From a virus, in the IMG/VR virus record IMGVR_UViG_3300037247_001116, positions 1-64,000 of that record: 64,000 nucleotides of DNA. One strand, 5' to 3'. Shown piece after piece: positions 62,404 through 64,000 of this stretch. Made by a program: the position numbers and the translations under genes. Within the stretch, counting starts at the first letter, position 1. Every line of letters begins with the position of its first letter. Under the pieces are notes generated by a model. That model was not told where the DNA came from and did no database searches. It was given only the letters and a program-made list of their open reading frames with translations.

Positions 62404-63042
62404 ATGGATATTTTATCACCCGAAAAAATAGCGCAACTCAAAGCCGTTTTGAAAGAGATGGATGTGAGTTCTGCAAACGAATCATTGATTCAAGATAATA
62501 AAATTGTGTTCCCTTATAAGGATAAAATTTATCGCGTCCGAATGCCTAACCAAATCGAACAGACACTTGCCGAAGAAGCACAGAACAAAGTCAAGCTCCG
62601 TTTAACCCAAGAGAAGGGCAATCGTTCAAGAAACCAGCTAATAAGAGATTTGAAAGAGAACAACGGTCTTGATGTGAAAGCTCTTGAAGCCGAAAAAGAT
62701 GGAATTAAAGAAGAGTTGCAGTATGTTTATTTAGAATTGGCAGTTGTTCCTTCTGAGTTTCCTGATAAGATTGAAGCACTTATTAAAAAGAAGGAAGAAA
62801 TCGAACTGCGTTTCATGGAAATTTTTGTCGAGCTTGCAGAAGTTCTTGAGCCTTGTATTCAAGAACAAGCAAAAATCGAATTTTATAGATTTTTAGCTTT
62901 TACATGTGCAGAAGTCAAAACAGGAAAAGAAGATTTCACTTCTGTGTGGGAAACTTATGATGATTGTAAAAAAGATGGTAGTGGATTATCAACACTTTTC
63001 TTAAATAATCTTCAAAGTTTATTGCTAAAGATTAAGGAATAA
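62404..63042 (+). CDS. Putative tail assembly chaperone
   Basis: Between tail tube and TMP; YRVRMP then helical; AAGGAG RBS. Confidence 0.5.
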   Translation: MDILSPEKIAQLKAVLKEMDVSSANESLIQDNKIVFPYKDKIYRVRMPNQIEQTLAEEAQNKVKLRLTQEKGNRSRNQLIRDLKENNGLDVKALEAEKDGIKEELQYVYLELAVVPSEFPDKIEALIKKKEEIELRFMEIFVELAEVLEPCIQEQAKIEFYRFLAFTCAEVKTGKEDFTSVWETYDDCKKDGSGLSTLFLNNLQSLLLKIKE

Positions 63043-63043
63043 A

Positions 63044-63427
63044 ATGTTATTAGAAGCCCATATCAGAAAACTTGCGAGAAGCAATTACTGGCAAGAAATT
63101 TATAATTCTTCTAAAACTTGTTCTGGAATTTATTTATTCGAAAATCAAACAAAATTTAGCGGAATCCAATACCTCTTTTTATATTGGTTGAGAGTATATG
63201 CAATGATATATTCTGAACTTGCTCAATTAGAGTGGACAAATTTGGATGAGGAAGTTATTGAAAACAATGATAGATTCGATGCTTTTATGTATTGGCGGTC
63301 AAAGCATATAGAAAAACAGATAAGAAAATCGAAGTCAGAAGAGAAAAAACATAAAGAGAAACCAGGAATGTTAAATGTTCCGATTTATACTGGTAATAAA
63401 AATAAAGATAAAGAAGGTGACAAATAA
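63044..63427 (+). CDS. Putative second tail assembly chaperone
   Basis: Directly precedes the tape measure gene. Confidence 0.4.
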   Translation: MLLEAHIRKLARSNYWQEIYNSSKTCSGIYLFENQTKFSGIQYLFLYWLRVYAMIYSELAQLEWTNLDEEVIENNDRFDAFMYWRSKHIEKQIRKSKSEEKKHKEKPGMLNVPIYTGNKNKDKEGDK

Positions 63428-64000
63428 TGGCTGAAGGATTAGGAGCAACAGCAGTTATCAATTACAGATTAAATGTTGAGGATGTCAAACGTCAGGTGAA
63501 ACAGTTACAGCGCCTCAATTCGATTATGGCAAAAAACCTTGGTAAAGATTTTACCAAAGGAGCAATTATTGTTAGAAAAGAACTGACAAAAATTTCAGAA
63601 TCAGTTAAACCCATCACATTAAAATCTGGTAAAACAACCAAAGAAATAAGAACTTTTACAACCGTTGTTCGCGCCGCTAATGGACAATTAGCTACAATCA
63701 CGCAGAGAACTGCTGGGCTTGGTAAAAATTTCAAAGTTTTAAACACCACTATTAAATCTGGTGCGGCTGGTATGCGAACATTTGGTCAAAACCTTGCCAC
63801 TCTTGCCAAAAGAGCCGCTTTGACTATTCCATTATGGTTTGTTTTAAGACAAGGCATAGGTTCTGTTTTTCGAACCATCAAAGAAGGTTTATCAAGTATT
63901 GTTGCCTTTGATGCGGCATTGCAAAAAGCAAAACGAAATCTTCAAGGAACTACTGCTAGTATTGCACAAAATTTTGCCACATTAAAAACGGAAGTCACTA
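63427..64000 (+). CDS. Tape measure protein, N-terminal part
   Basis: Open frame MAEGLGATAVINYRLNV...LAKRAALTIPLW...IVAFDAALQKAKR running to the window end. Confidence 0.75.
   Translation, partial: MAEGLGATAVINYRLNVEDVKRQVKQLQRLNSIMAKNLGKDFTKGAIIVRKELTKISESVKPITLKSGKTTKEIRTFTTVVRAANGQLATITQRTAGLGKNFKVLNTTIKSGAAGMRTFGQNLATLAKRAALTIPLWFVLRQGIGSVFRTIKEGLSSIVAFDAALQKAKRNLQGTTASIAQNFATLKTEVT

Noticed and set aside
63020-63050. Programmed frameshift between the tail chaperones
   Set aside because: No clear slippery heptamer at the end of 62404-63042; the downstream ORF has its own RBS and ATG
374-63749. Numerous antisense ORFs in the six-frame track (e.g. 7368-7808, 19383-19805, 47048-47632, 51325-51732)
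   Set aside because: They are shadows of well-supported genes on the opposite strand, with no RBS or motifs
1-64000. Alternative genetic code (stop-codon reassignment)
   Set aside because: Core genes are full length in code 11, and TAG and TGA end genes at sensible positions

Overview
This is 64 kb of an AT-rich tailed dsDNA phage genome (Caudoviricetes; the tail genes suggest a siphovirus) with two divergent arms. The left arm (1-27.4 kb, minus strand) starts with many tiny early genes. It then carries a RuvB-like ATPase, a tyrosine recombinase, nucleotide-pool enzymes, a 5'-3' exonuclease, HslV-like and ClpP-like peptidases, a PrimPol-helicase, an ATP-dependent DNA ligase, resolvases and a RecA-like gene. 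A 1.5 kb non-coding switch region (27.4-28.9 kb) holds a repeated 25-bp dyad motif, a GC-rich 10-mer tandem array and strong sigma70-type promoters. The right arm (plus strand) encodes RtcB and Rnl2-type RNA ligases, ClpP, SprT, MazG, phosphoesterases and HNH nucleases, followed by terminase, portal (with a ChaB fusion), fibre/decoration genes, protease-scaffold, capsid, neck, tail tube, chaperones and the start of the tape measure gene. The most notable unexplained features are: (1) a ~235-nt five-hairpin RNA with a kissing-loop pair right after the tail tube gene; (2) an exact 29-bp inverted repeat bracketing the 13.3-kb segment that holds the recombinase and RuvB; (3) a RuvB lacking the RuvA-binding hairpin; (4) convergent promoters in front of the late operon; (5) a genome-wide TAA-N4-TTG-N5-CAA-N4-TTA motif. 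All product calls come from motif recognition by eye; no database searches were run.
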